This document shows positions 10,661 to 19,253 of a stretch of DNA of 64,000 nt, piece after piece; the stretch's first letter is position 1; the number at the start of each line of letters is the position of its first letter. Made by a program: the position numbers and the translations under genes. This DNA comes from an uncultured Bacilli bacterium (GTDB taxonomy: Bacteria > Bacillota_I > Bacilli_A > RF39 > UBA660): contig CAJTRV010000004.1 of NCBI GenBank assembly GCA_910578855.1, forward strand, positions 5,551 to 69,550. Reading direction: 5' to 3'. The notes beneath the pieces are model-generated. The model made no database searches. It saw nothing but the letters and a program-made list of their open reading frames with translations, and was not told the DNA's origin.

Positions 10661-10839
10661 AGCGTTCTTTATGTGCATAAATATAAAGTGAGATAGGGTA
10701 ACCAATCTAATGATCATTGCGGTCATCAACCAGTAACAAAGTCCCTGGATGCGCAAAAAATATTTCAAATAATACTACACCAATGGGAAGATTATGCTTC
10801 CAGATTTTCCAAAAAGTTCTCCAGTAAGACAACTAAATC

Positions 10840-12042
10840 TTAATTGTTCACTCCATGATGGATGGGCTTAGTCCCAGCTGTAATCCGATCAAACTGATAG
10901 CCATTCTGTTTGCCATAGGTAATAATACGGTCTAAAGCATCCGCTGTTTGTTGGTTTGCTGCATAATCATGCATCAATACAACATATGTGGACTCATTAC
11001 CTAAACTAGACGTTACATTTTTGACAATCGCATCGCTCCCAATTCGCCCAGTATCTCCGCTATCAATATTCCAATCAAAATAATGAAATCCTCGGCGCAT
11101 TACTTCGGTTGTCAGAGTACTCATAATGCCTGGTTGAAACTTACTAACAGTATTCGAACTTCCTCCTGGAAAACGAATAATATTAGCATCTTCCCCAGTA
11201 ATCGTTTTTAAGCGAGCTCGTAATTCATAAAGATCTTTAAAATAAGTATCCACTGATTGATAAATATAACGATAATTATGCGTATTGCTATGAATTGCCA
11301 CCGTATGACCTTCATCATGTACTCGTTTCGTGATAGCATTGTAACTAGAATCTTTCCCGATCATAAAAAATGTTGCTTTGACCCCATGCTGCTTTAAAAC
11401 ATCCAATATGGCAGGTGTAACCTGCGATGGACCGTCATCAAATGTTAAATAAATAGTTTTTAAATTTGGATCTTTCTTAGGAACCACTCGAATTGTTCGG
11501 ATTTCCGTCACTTCATTCCCCGCTTGATCCTTACTATAATATTGTAATCGATATTCCCCCTGTTTCTTTGGATTGACTTGCCCCGTTACCCGAACAGATT
11601 TGGTAATATCTCCATCATTATTATCGATTGCCTGATAACCAGGCTCGGTATAGTTTGTCCCCTCTTCTACAAACATCTCTTTGGCTCCATGTAGGACAAG
11701 TCGGGGTTTATCACGGTCTATAACAATCACTGTTCGTGATTTACGAATCGTTCCATTTAGATAAGAAATACGATATTGAATTTGATACCTACCAGCTCTC
11801 TTCATATTTAAATTACTTTTAACGATAACCCGTGGTGACTTCATTCCAAGTATCACTGAAACCTTCGTTCCAGGATCAACATAGTTCTCCCCCATAGGAA
11901 TAGTCATTGTCTTTGGACCCTTCAATTGGATCCTTGGACGATATAATACCAGTCCCGTAATTAAAATAAATAAAAAACTCCAAAAAACAACGAGAAACTG
12001 CATTCTTCGCGTCCATTTTTTTATCGCTTGTTGCTTCATCAA
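10840..12042 (-). CDS. Membrane-anchored NodB-type polysaccharide deacetylase with N-terminal Ig-like repeats
   Basis: 400 aa with an N-terminal TM segment. NodB motifs are LTFDDGP, HSNTH and RFPGGS. Repeated beta-rich segments precede the catalytic domain. Confidence 0.8.
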   Translation of the reverse strand: MMKQQAIKKWTRRMQFLVVFWSFLFILITGLVLYRPRIQLKGPKTMTIPMGENYVDPGTKVSVILGMKSPRVIVKSNLNMKRAGRYQIQYRISYLNGTIRKSRTVIVIDRDKPRLVLHGAKEMFVEEGTNYTEPGYQAIDNNDGDITKSVRVTGQVNPKKQGEYRLQYYSKDQAGNEVTEIRTIRVVPKKDPNLKTIYLTFDDGPSQVTPAILDVLKQHGVKATFFMIGKDSSYNAITKRVHDEGHTVAIHSNTHNYRYIYQSVDTYFKDLYELRARLKTITGEDANIIRFPGGSSNTVSKFQPGIMSTLTTEVMRRGFHYFDWNIDSGDTGRIGSDAIVKNVTSSLGNESTYVVLMHDYAANQQTADALDRIITYGKQNGYQFDRITAGTKPIHHGVNN

Positions 12043-12152
12043 TAATCACATCCTACATCCTCATCATTAGTATAACTAATTTTAATCAAAATACTCTTTT
12101 TATCATAACACACCCAAATCTTTTTGTATAGCAAGTTCTAACTTATTTTAGC

Positions 12153-12184
12153 AAAAAAACATAGTCATTTTTTCATGTCTATGT
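12153..12184 (-). terminator. Possible terminator overlapping the pbpB stop codon
   Basis: On minus the sequence reads acatag-(14 nt loop)-ctatgt followed by ttttttt. The stem is short and the loop large, so this is weak. Confidence 0.35.
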
Positions 12185-14377
12185 TTCTTTTTTAGAATCT
12201 TGTTCCTCTACATATTTATCATTTAAAATAATTTTAATCGTTTCTTTTCCAGTAATTACCGTTCCTGGTTTGATACTCTGGTTAGTAATATATCCATGTC
12301 CTTCTGTTTCATACGCAATTCCTAATAAGGTAAACAGGTGAATGGCATCACCACTCGACCAACCAGTTAAATCAATCATTTTTTTATTGGCATCATTGGT
12401 TAATAGAATTACTTTATCTCCTGACATAACGGTTGTTCCACGAGAAGGATATTGACTAATAATTTTTGCACCCTCTCCAATGACGATTGGCGTAATTTTT
12501 TGATTGGTTAACTCTTTTACCACCGTCTCCTTTGTTTTGTTGATATAGGATGGCAACACATAAGTAACAATCGCCGTCTTATCTAATGTTTCACCAAACA
12601 TATTTCTATATTTGGCAATACTAGTAATCACACTCTTAACCGCGGTATATAGGCCTTTACTTTCACCCCAGCTTGGTTTTCGCATGGCACCATAAATAAT
12701 AATTTCCGGCTCATCTTTGGGATACATCCCAGCAAACGAGAAAATATAATCATTTTTCCCACTCAAATATAGACCTGTTTCATTGTCAAAAATTTGGGCA
12801 GTTCCGGTTTTTCCAATAATATCAAAACCATCAATTTTATATGTTGTTCCGGTCGTTCCAAGATCTTTTCCGTGAATGGTATTCCACATCAATTCTTTCA
12901 TCTTATCAACCGTCGATTGTTTGACTAGTTGTTCTGATTCTTCCCGCTTCGCCTTATACGTAACTTTTTTGGTATTAGGATCGACGATTTTATCAACAAT
13001 ATGTGGTTTCAACATCTTTCCATTATTCGATAGAATTGTAAGGGCTTGTAAATTTTGAATTTGCGTTGTTGTAATCCCTTGCCCAAATCCCGCATTGGCA
13101 ACTTCAATGGGATATGTGAATGAAATATCACCAGTTTGTTCCCGAGGAAGTTCAATTCCCGTCTTCGCCCCAAAACCATATTTTTTAAGACAAGTCCGTA
13201 AATCTTCTTTATTGATAAACCGCGATAGCATATTGGTAATACCAACATTTGAAGAATACTCATACCCTTTATCAAAGGTGATGTTTCCCCAACCTTTTCG
13301 GTTCCAATCATATACCGTATTCTCACCTACAGCAATCGATCCCGATTTAAACGAAGCTTGACCATCATAAGTACCTTTTTCAAGCGCACACATATAGGTA
13401 AATGTCTTCATCGTCGATCCTGGTTCATAGACATATGAGACTAAAGGATTCTCATAGTTTTCAATATCTCGTAAATTAGGATCAAATGAAGGAATCGAGG
13501 AAGTACCAAGTATTTTCCCAGTCTTTGCATCCATAGCTGTTAAAATTAGCCATTCTGGATCATAAACGTTTTCACTTTCTTTCACCGCACTTTCGATAAA
13601 GCGCTGAATATTAGAGTCAAGTGTAAGATAGATATTTGCCCCATCCAAGGCTGGAGTCTTATATTCTTTCGTATCAGGTATTTGATATCCATTTCGGTCC
13701 TGTTGTTGCCTAAGACTCCCATTACTTCCTTTCAGTAAATCATCATACATACTCTCGATACCAAGCTCTCCAACAATATAGCTTTGAATGGTACTAATAC
13801 CATTATCTTCAATTGTTTTATCATACTGTTTGGCATATCCAACGACATAAGAAGCAAAATTTCCATTTGGATAGTAGCGTTTCTTATTCTCAGTAAAACC
13901 AATTCCTGGTAGCTCCAACTGTTCAATCTCTTCTTTTTTTAGCTCCGTAATTCCCCGACCACCAGGTCCAAGCTCAACCTGATAGGCATTGCTACTAAGT
14001 AGCCGCTCTAAATATTCTACAGTCATCCCAAGAACGGGCGCTAATTTTTCGGCTGTCTTCTTTTTATCGACAACATGACGTGGCTTTTTCGAATTGGTGG
14101 TTCGGCTCTCACTTAGATAAGCAACCACCGTATACGAGTAAACATTTAAAGCGAGCGTATTTCCATCTTTATCATAGATATTTCCCCGCTTCGCATATAA
14201 TGTTTTCGTTACTGTATTTCGAGCCTTAGCAAATTTCTCCATATTAATTCCATAAATAATTGGTGACAATGATAAATAACACAATTGCACATACAAAAGA
14301 ACCATAAAAAAAAGGAAGCATTTTAAAATCAAATTTGGAAATTTCCAAGCTTTTAATTTTACACTTCTCTTCTTCAT
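12179..14377 (-). CDS. pbpB: Class B penicillin-binding protein 2B (FtsI-like) with two PASTA domains
   Basis: 732 aa. Catalytic motifs are SxxK (GSTMK), SSN and KTGTA. Two PASTA-like repeats lie in the last ~130 aa. It follows ftsL directly. Confidence 0.8.
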   Translation of the reverse strand: MKKRSVKLKAWKFPNLILKCFLFFMVLLYVQLCYLSLSPIIYGINMEKFAKARNTVTKTLYAKRGNIYDKDGNTLALNVYSYTVVAYLSESRTTNSKKPRHVVDKKKTAEKLAPVLGMTVEYLERLLSSNAYQVELGPGGRGITELKKEEIEQLELPGIGFTENKKRYYPNGNFASYVVGYAKQYDKTIEDNGISTIQSYIVGELGIESMYDDLLKGSNGSLRQQQDRNGYQIPDTKEYKTPALDGANIYLTLDSNIQRFIESAVKESENVYDPEWLILTAMDAKTGKILGTSSIPSFDPNLRDIENYENPLVSYVYEPGSTMKTFTYMCALEKGTYDGQASFKSGSIAVGENTVYDWNRKGWGNITFDKGYEYSSNVGITNMLSRFINKEDLRTCLKKYGFGAKTGIELPREQTGDISFTYPIEVANAGFGQGITTTQIQNLQALTILSNNGKMLKPHIVDKIVDPNTKKVTYKAKREESEQLVKQSTVDKMKELMWNTIHGKDLGTTGTTYKIDGFDIIGKTGTAQIFDNETGLYLSGKNDYIFSFAGMYPKDEPEIIIYGAMRKPSWGESKGLYTAVKSVITSIAKYRNMFGETLDKTAIVTYVLPSYINKTKETVVKELTNQKITPIVIGEGAKIISQYPSRGTTVMSGDKVILLTNDANKKMIDLTGWSSGDAIHLFTLLGIAYETEGHGYITNQSIKPGTVITGKETIKIILNDKYVEEQDSKKET

Positions 14378-14390
14378 AGGTTCACCTCGA

Positions 14391-14687
14391 TTATTTATTA
14401 ATTATTACAATATTATCATTATTATACTCTAAACCCATTTCCTTGGCAACATCTTTCACTTTATCAAAAGATGTTAACTCATTGACTTTCATCGTTAAAC
14501 TCTCATTCTTTTTTTCTTGTTGGGTAATATCATATTTTAACTTTTCAACATTCATTTTTAAATTTCCAATATTGGCTCCACAAAAAATAGAGGAAGCAAA
14601 AGAAAGCACAGCACAAAGAACTGCTGCTGTATATAATATTTTCTCACCCTTAGTAATACGTAGTCTTCTCACTTTTCTCGTTCTCAC
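14391..14687 (-). CDS. ftsL: Cell division protein FtsL
   Basis: 98 aa with a basic N-terminus, one TM segment and a coiled coil. It lies between rsmH and pbpB. Confidence 0.75.
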   Translation of the reverse strand: MRTRKVRRLRITKGEKILYTAAVLCAVLSFASSIFCGANIGNLKMNVEKLKYDITQQEKKNESLTMKVNELTSFDKVKDVAKEMGLEYNNDNIVIINK

Positions 14688-14701
14688 ACTGAACCCTCGC
14701 T

Positions 14702-15619
14702 TTATTTTATTCTTTCAATGACTCTAAGTCGCGCACTACGAGCCCGATTGTTTTCTTCTAATTCCTCAGTACTTGGACAAATATTAGCAATGATTTGATA
14801 CTTTGGCAAGTATTCCTCCGGAACTACCGGCAATTGCCGCAAGCTAGCATCCATTGTACTATGTGCTTTAAAGATCGTCTTTACCAACCGATCTTCTAAG
14901 GAATGAAAGGTAATTACACAGACTCTTCCCCCTACTTTGACAAGCTCCAGTGCTTGTCTTACCGCTTCTTCACAGACTGCTAATTCCTGATTCACTTCAA
15001 TTCGAATTGCCTGAAACACTTTGCGTGCAGGATGTTTTAAACGACGATATTTTTCAGGAACATGATTCTTAATAATCTCAACCAGCTCTAATGTCGTGGC
15101 AATTGGTTGTACTTCTCTTGCTTGAACAATTCCCCGGGCAATTTGATAAGCAAATTTTTCTTCTCCATATTCTTTAAAAATACGGGTTAAATCAGAAATC
15201 GTATAAGTATTAACCACTTGATAAGCAGATAACGCTTGATCCTGATCCATGCGCATATCAAGCGGTGCATCCTGATGAAAACTAAACCCCCGATCTTTTT
15301 CATCTAATTGTGGACTTGAAACCCCAAGGTCAAACAAGATCCCATCGACCTCTTGGATTCCCCGCTTCTGTAATTCTTCTGTCATATGACAAAAATTACT
15401 CTTGATAATTTCAAAATTAGGCGCTATTTCACTAAGCCGTTTCTGACTATGAGAAATAGCATCGCGATCTTGGTCAAAGGCGAATAGAAACCCCTTTTTA
15501 ATTTCTTTTAAAATGGCACTACTGTGCCCGCCATATCCCAAGGTGGCGTCGACGATAATACTATCGTCGTGTATTTTTAAATAGGATAGACTCTCTTCTA
15601 ATAAAACACTTTTATGCAT
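14702..15619 (-). CDS. rsmH: 16S rRNA (cytosine1402-N4)-methyltransferase
   Basis: 305 aa with motifs DATLGYGGHS and FDLGVSSPQLD. It follows mraZ. Confidence 0.92.
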   Translation of the reverse strand: MHKSVLLEESLSYLKIHDDSIIVDATLGYGGHSSAILKEIKKGFLFAFDQDRDAISHSQKRLSEIAPNFEIIKSNFCHMTEELQKRGIQEVDGILFDLGVSSPQLDEKDRGFSFHQDAPLDMRMDQDQALSAYQVVNTYTISDLTRIFKEYGEEKFAYQIARGIVQAREVQPIATTLELVEIIKNHVPEKYRRLKHPARKVFQAIRIEVNQELAVCEEAVRQALELVKVGGRVCVITFHSLEDRLVKTIFKAHSTMDASLRQLPVVPEEYLPKYQIIANICPSTEELEENNRARSARLRVIERIK

Positions 15620-15627
15620 AGTCCCTC

Positions 15628-16059
15628 CTAATTAAAACTTGTAGAAAATAGATTATCAGCAATTGCTGATAAGTTGCTCTCATTTTCATCAATAAACGCT
15701 TCCCAACGATCTTTACTCCAGATTTCCAAACGATCATTGACGCCAATAATAATACAGTCTTTCACTAGACCGGCAAATTTCATCAGTGGTGGTGTTAATT
15801 TTAAACGTCCTTGTTTATCAAATTCACAAGTGGTCGCACCCGATAAAAAGAAGCGCATGAAATTACGAGCATCTTTCGTATTGGGTAATTCTTTGTACTT
15901 CTCAATAATGGAATTCCATTCTTTCATCGGATAGACAAATAGACAGTTATCAAGACCTCGCGTCACGACAAAAGTTTCTCCTAGGTCATAACGGACTTTC
16001 GACGGAATGGTTAATCGGCCTTTGTCATCAACCGAATGATGATATTCCCCCATCAACAT
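15628..16059 (-). CDS. mraZ: Transcriptional regulator MraZ
   Basis: Two SpoVT/AbrB-like halves are present (DDKGRLTIP and DKQGRLKLTPPL). I place the start at the internal MLMGEYHH (ATG at 16059). The longer track ORF to 16119 would translate through the operator repeats. Confidence 0.85.
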   Translation of the reverse strand: MLMGEYHHSVDDKGRLTIPSKVRYDLGETFVVTRGLDNCLFVYPMKEWNSIIEKYKELPNTKDARNFMRFFLSGATTCEFDKQGRLKLTPPLMKFAGLVKDCIIIGVNDRLEIWSKDRWEAFIDENESNLSAIADNLFSTSFN

Positions 16060-16066
16060 GAAATCA

Positions 16067-16124
16067 CCCACTTTGCTCCACTTTATTCCACTAGATACCA
16101 CTATTTTACTCCATAACACCCACT
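16067..16124 (-). promoter_or_regulatory. Array of five MraZ-box-like direct repeats (AGTGG[G]) immediately upstream of mraZ
   Basis: Plus-strand ccact occurs at 16068, 16078, 16088 and 16098, exactly 10 nt apart, and again at 16120. The minus strand reads aAGTGGGtg...tAGTGGtatctAGTGGaataaAGTGGagcaaAGTGGGtgatttcATG. Confidence 0.6.
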
Positions 16125-16336
16125 TTGTAAATAGGTCCTTTCGATTTTTTCATAAAAAGTGAAGCAAGAAAACAAATTAGAAATCAATTATGACAAGTAA
16201 ATTGTCAAGAAATAAGAATGGCCAACCATAAGACACAAAAAAAGACAATCAAAAATTCGATTGTCGAGACCATTATCAGAAATTGTGAATAGTATTTGAT
16301 AAATCGGTATTCCCAATTTAAAATCAATTCTATCAA

Positions 16337-16795
16337 TTACCAACGTCTTACTTTATTATTTTTTACTCTTTGAATATTTTGAATATTAAGCTGATTGTAA
16401 TTTTGTTCTGCACCACAGAGATTCAATATATCTTCATCAGAGTTTAATTCAAAGAATCTTTTTAACGACTCCTCTAAAGTGATATTTTTACCTTCCATTC
16501 GCTGCTTCATTAGCCATATTTGCATATCACCATAATTCATAATATTTTTCAGAAGCAGTAGGAATTCATCATACTCCATCTTTTCTTGTCTTTTATCTTC
16601 AATAGCTGCTTTTATTATCCAAAGTCTTTGTAACACTTCATCATCCCGAATACCGTATACTAACTTCATATCTTCTAATGTTTCATTTATAATAAGAATG
16701 TCTGTACAACAAAGTTTGCTCGGTTCCGTACCACATCCCTTTTTCTGCTTCCTCTTTAAACTTTCACTCAATTTTTTAAATATGTTTTCACCCAT
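16337..16795 (-). CDS. Hypothetical protein
   Basis: The start is moved to MGENIFKK (ATG 16795) because SD gggagga sits 7 nt upstream. No motif is recognised. Confidence 0.5.
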   Translation of the reverse strand: MGENIFKKLSESLKRKQKKGCGTEPSKLCCTDILIINETLEDMKLVYGIRDDEVLQRLWIIKAAIEDKRQEKMEYDEFLLLLKNIMNYGDMQIWLMKQRMEGKNITLEESLKRFFELNSDEDILNLCGAEQNYNQLNIQNIQRVKNNKVRRW

Positions 16796-16885
16796 ATATA
16801 CTTCCTCCCAGAAGTAGTATAACATATTTTAGATATTATTGTTATTATCTACTAATATTATTTAAAATAACTGTATAAAATTTTA

Positions 16886-16918
16886 TATAAAAAAGAAAAG
16901 AGGACTACTCTCCTCTTT
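16886..16918 (-). terminator. Rho-independent terminator after the micro-ORF pair
   Basis: On minus the sequence reads aaagagga-gagtag-tcctcttt followed by a T-rich tail. It overlaps the stop codon at 16917-16919. Confidence 0.65.
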
Positions 16919-17057
16919 AAAAGAAACAAGAACCTAAAATAATTGCTAATAAGATGTATAATACGATAATGCAAACATAATTATTTCCGGTGTTGCATCC
17001 ACATCCACATCCACAATTAGTTGGTTCTGGACGACTGCAATTGTTTCCACATGCCAT
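16917..17057 (-). CDS. 46-aa Cys-rich small hydrophobic protein, YjcZ-like (sporulation micro-protein family)
   Basis: Below the ORF-track size cutoff. My translation is MACGNNCSRPEPTNCGCGCGCNTGNNYVCIIVLYILLAIILGSCFF, with SD aggagg 6 nt upstream. A Gly/Cys head plus an IVLxILLxI tail is the YjcZ-type pattern as I remember it. Confidence 0.55.
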   Translation of the reverse strand: MACGNNCSRPEPTNCGCGCGCNTGNNYVCIIVLYILLAIILGSCFF

Positions 17058-17073
17058 ACGATTCACCTCCTGC

Positions 17074-17157
17074 CTAAATGTACGCTCCAAGTATGATTAT
17101 TAAAAGAATAAATAATACTAAAACGATAGCAGCGCCTGATACTCCTGTGTTACACAT
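17074..17157 (-). CDS. 27-aa small hydrophobic protein, YjcZ-like paralog
   Basis: My translation is MCNTGVSGAAIVLVLFILLIIILGAYI. SD aggagga lies about 9 nt upstream of ATG 17157. An alternative ATG at 17166 is too close to the SD. Confidence 0.5.
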   Translation of the reverse strand: MCNTGVSGAAIVLVLFILLIIILGAYI

Positions 17158-17192
17158 AAAAATCATTCCTCCTTTTTTTGTCTTTTCAAGAG

Positions 17193-17219
17193 TATTTTAT
17201 GGCAATCAGAGTAATTTGT
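17193..17219 (-). promoter_or_regulatory. Possible mother-cell (SigK/SigE-type) promoter for the micro-ORFs
   Basis: The minus strand reads AC-16 nt-CATAAAATA, which resembles the AC-17-CATAnnnTA consensus. It sits about 35 nt upstream of the start. This is a by-eye match only. Confidence 0.3.
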
Positions 17220-17303
17220 GATTACTTATAACCAAAATATTGTAATTTTTATATTTTTTTGATAATATAGTACATGTATAATTGAAAGGAGTTCATAAAA
17301 CAT

Positions 17304-18299
17304 ATGAATAAAAACAGAAATAAAAAACTAGGTTTGATTGCCCTTGTAGCAGTTGTACTGTTAACAGCTGGATGTGGAAAGGTATCAAAACTAAAAAATG
17401 GTGAAGAATTAGTTGCTAGTATCAATGGAAAGAAAATTACAACCGAAGATTTATACAAGGAATTAAAAAAACAGGGAGGATCTAGTGTTCTGATTAATTT
17501 AATTGACGAATATATCGCCAATAAAGAAGTAAAAACCGATGATACAACCAAAGAATATGCCAATGCACAATTAGAACAAATGAAAACACAATATACCCAA
17601 GCTGGACAAGACTTTAATGCAGCTCTTATCAATGCTGGTTATAAAAATGAAGCGGCATTTAAAGACGTATTAATTCTCGACTATAAAAAACAACAAGTAG
17701 TTAAGAAATTCTTAGAGAAAGAATTGAAAGATGAAGAAATTGACAAATACTATAAAGATGAAATCTTTGGAGCCATGACAGCTCGCCATATCTTAATTAA
17801 ACCTGATGTCAAAGATGATGCTAGTGATGAAGACAAAGAGAAAGCGGAAGAAGCAGCAAAGAAAAAAGCCGAAGAGCTCATAAAAAAATTAGAAGATAGC
17901 AAAGATGTTGAAAAAACATTCAAGGAACTAGCTGAGAAAAATTCTGACGATGAAGCTACAGCCAAAGAAGGTGGACTATTTAGTGACTTTGAAAAAAGTG
18001 AAGTCGTAACTGAATTCTGGGATGCAAGTGCCAAATTAAAAGATGGAAAATATACCAAAGAGCCAGTAAAAAGTGACTATGGATATCATATCATTTATCG
18101 TGTTAGCCAAAAAAGCAAACCAAAATTAAAAGATGTCAAAGACGAAATTAAAGAAACCCTTGTTTCTAATAAATTAACAAATGACGCTAACTTATCTAGT
18201 AAAACTTGGGATCGTATTCGTCGGGAAAAGTATAAATTAAAAATTGAAGACAGTGAACTAAATGATTCTTATAAGAGCATTGTTGATAATATTAAATAA
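17304..18299 (+). CDS. prsA: Foldase lipoprotein PrsA (parvulin-type peptidyl-prolyl isomerase)
   Basis: 331 aa with lipobox LLTAGCG. The parvulin core shows ARHILI and GYHIIY. SD aaaggag lies upstream. Confidence 0.85.
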   Translation: MNKNRNKKLGLIALVAVVLLTAGCGKVSKLKNGEELVASINGKKITTEDLYKELKKQGGSSVLINLIDEYIANKEVKTDDTTKEYANAQLEQMKTQYTQAGQDFNAALINAGYKNEAAFKDVLILDYKKQQVVKKFLEKELKDEEIDKYYKDEIFGAMTARHILIKPDVKDDASDEDKEKAEEAAKKKAEELIKKLEDSKDVEKTFKELAEKNSDDEATAKEGGLFSDFEKSEVVTEFWDASAKLKDGKYTKEPVKSDYGYHIIYRVSQKSKPKLKDVKDEIKETLVSNKLTNDANLSSKTWDRIRREKYKLKIEDSELNDSYKSIVDNIK

Positions 18300-18300
18300 A

Positions 18301-18322
18301 AAGAGCAACTGCTCTTTTTTTG
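18301..18322. terminator. Short hairpin plus T-run between convergent prsA and truB
   Basis: The sequence is aagagca-ac-tgctctt followed by tttttt. The usable stem is about 5-6 bp. Confidence 0.45.
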
Positions 18323-18327
18323 ATCTT

Positions 18328-19188
18328 CTAAAACATAATCCGTGGTTTAAAGTGTCCTGGTTCATATTGTTCATATATCCCAATCGGTGAGCCATCAGGA
18401 TTAATAAATAAAATCTTATCAACATCATAATAAGCTTCTATTTTATTACCATTCCGGATCCGGGTTGCATTTTCATCACCAACGACCATCTGTTTGACAT
18501 CGACTAATGCTTCGGGAATCGAAATACAACGATAATTGCCATTTTCAAGCGCGGTTAAGCGAATTGCCGATGCCAAGGTATAATTTCCCTGTCTCGTCCG
18601 TTCTAACCGCAGCATCGTTCCAATCGTTCCCAACTGAGCAGCCAAGTCCCGGATGAGACTACGAATATAAGTCCCCTTACTTACCGTTGTTCGAATCGTA
18701 AACCGAATTTTTCCATCGCTAACAGTAAGTGGGGAAATCCGTTTTAAAGAGGCAATTGTCACCTCTTTTTTTGGTAATGTTACTGCCTCATGATGACGAG
18801 CATACTCATATAATTTTTTTCCCCGAACCTTAACCGCTGAATAAATTGGTACTTCTTGCAGATACGTCCCAATCATTTGCGCTAAGGCATGATCAATCTC
18901 AGTCTCTGATTTCCTTACTGTTTCCGAAGCGAGAATCTTACCCGTAATATCTAAAGTATCAGTCAACGTTCCCAATTCTATTTCGGCAATATATTCTTTC
19001 TCCTTATTGGTAATATAATCCACTAATTTCGTTGCTTTCCCAACGGCTAAAACCAACACCCCGGTAGCCATGGGATCAAGAGTTCCCGTATGGCCGATTT
19101 TCTTCGTCTTTAGGGCCTTGCAGGCAATGTTTACAACATCACGACTTGTATACCCTGTTTCCTTATTAATCACAATAAACCCATTCAT
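18328..19188 (-). CDS. truB: tRNA pseudouridine(55) synthase
   Basis: 286 aa with the catalytic-Asp motif HTGTLDPMATGVL. Confidence 0.9.
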   Translation of the reverse strand: MNGFIVINKETGYTSRDVVNIACKALKTKKIGHTGTLDPMATGVLVLAVGKATKLVDYITNKEKEYIAEIELGTLTDTLDITGKILASETVRKSETEIDHALAQMIGTYLQEVPIYSAVKVRGKKLYEYARHHEAVTLPKKEVTIASLKRISPLTVSDGKIRFTIRTTVSKGTYIRSLIRDLAAQLGTIGTMLRLERTRQGNYTLASAIRLTALENGNYRCISIPEALVDVKQMVVGDENATRIRNGNKIEAYYDVDKILFINPDGSPIGIYEQYEPGHFKPRIMF

Positions 19189-19253
19189 ATCATCACCACT
19201 CGTCTTACAGTATAAAGAAAATTATTGAAAAAGGCAAGAAAAAAAAATCCAGG

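Noticed and set aside
16060-16119. Longer 163-aa MraZ model.
   Set aside because: The extension translates the AGTGG operator repeats (…SSGIKWSKVGDF). MraZ family proteins begin near MLMGEY, and the size fits the 143-aa form.
17249-18058. Minus-strand ORFs 17249-17632 and 17750-18058.
   Set aside because: They are antisense to prsA, which has a lipobox, a parvulin domain and an SD. Their composition is a low-complexity mirror of Lys/Glu-rich codons.
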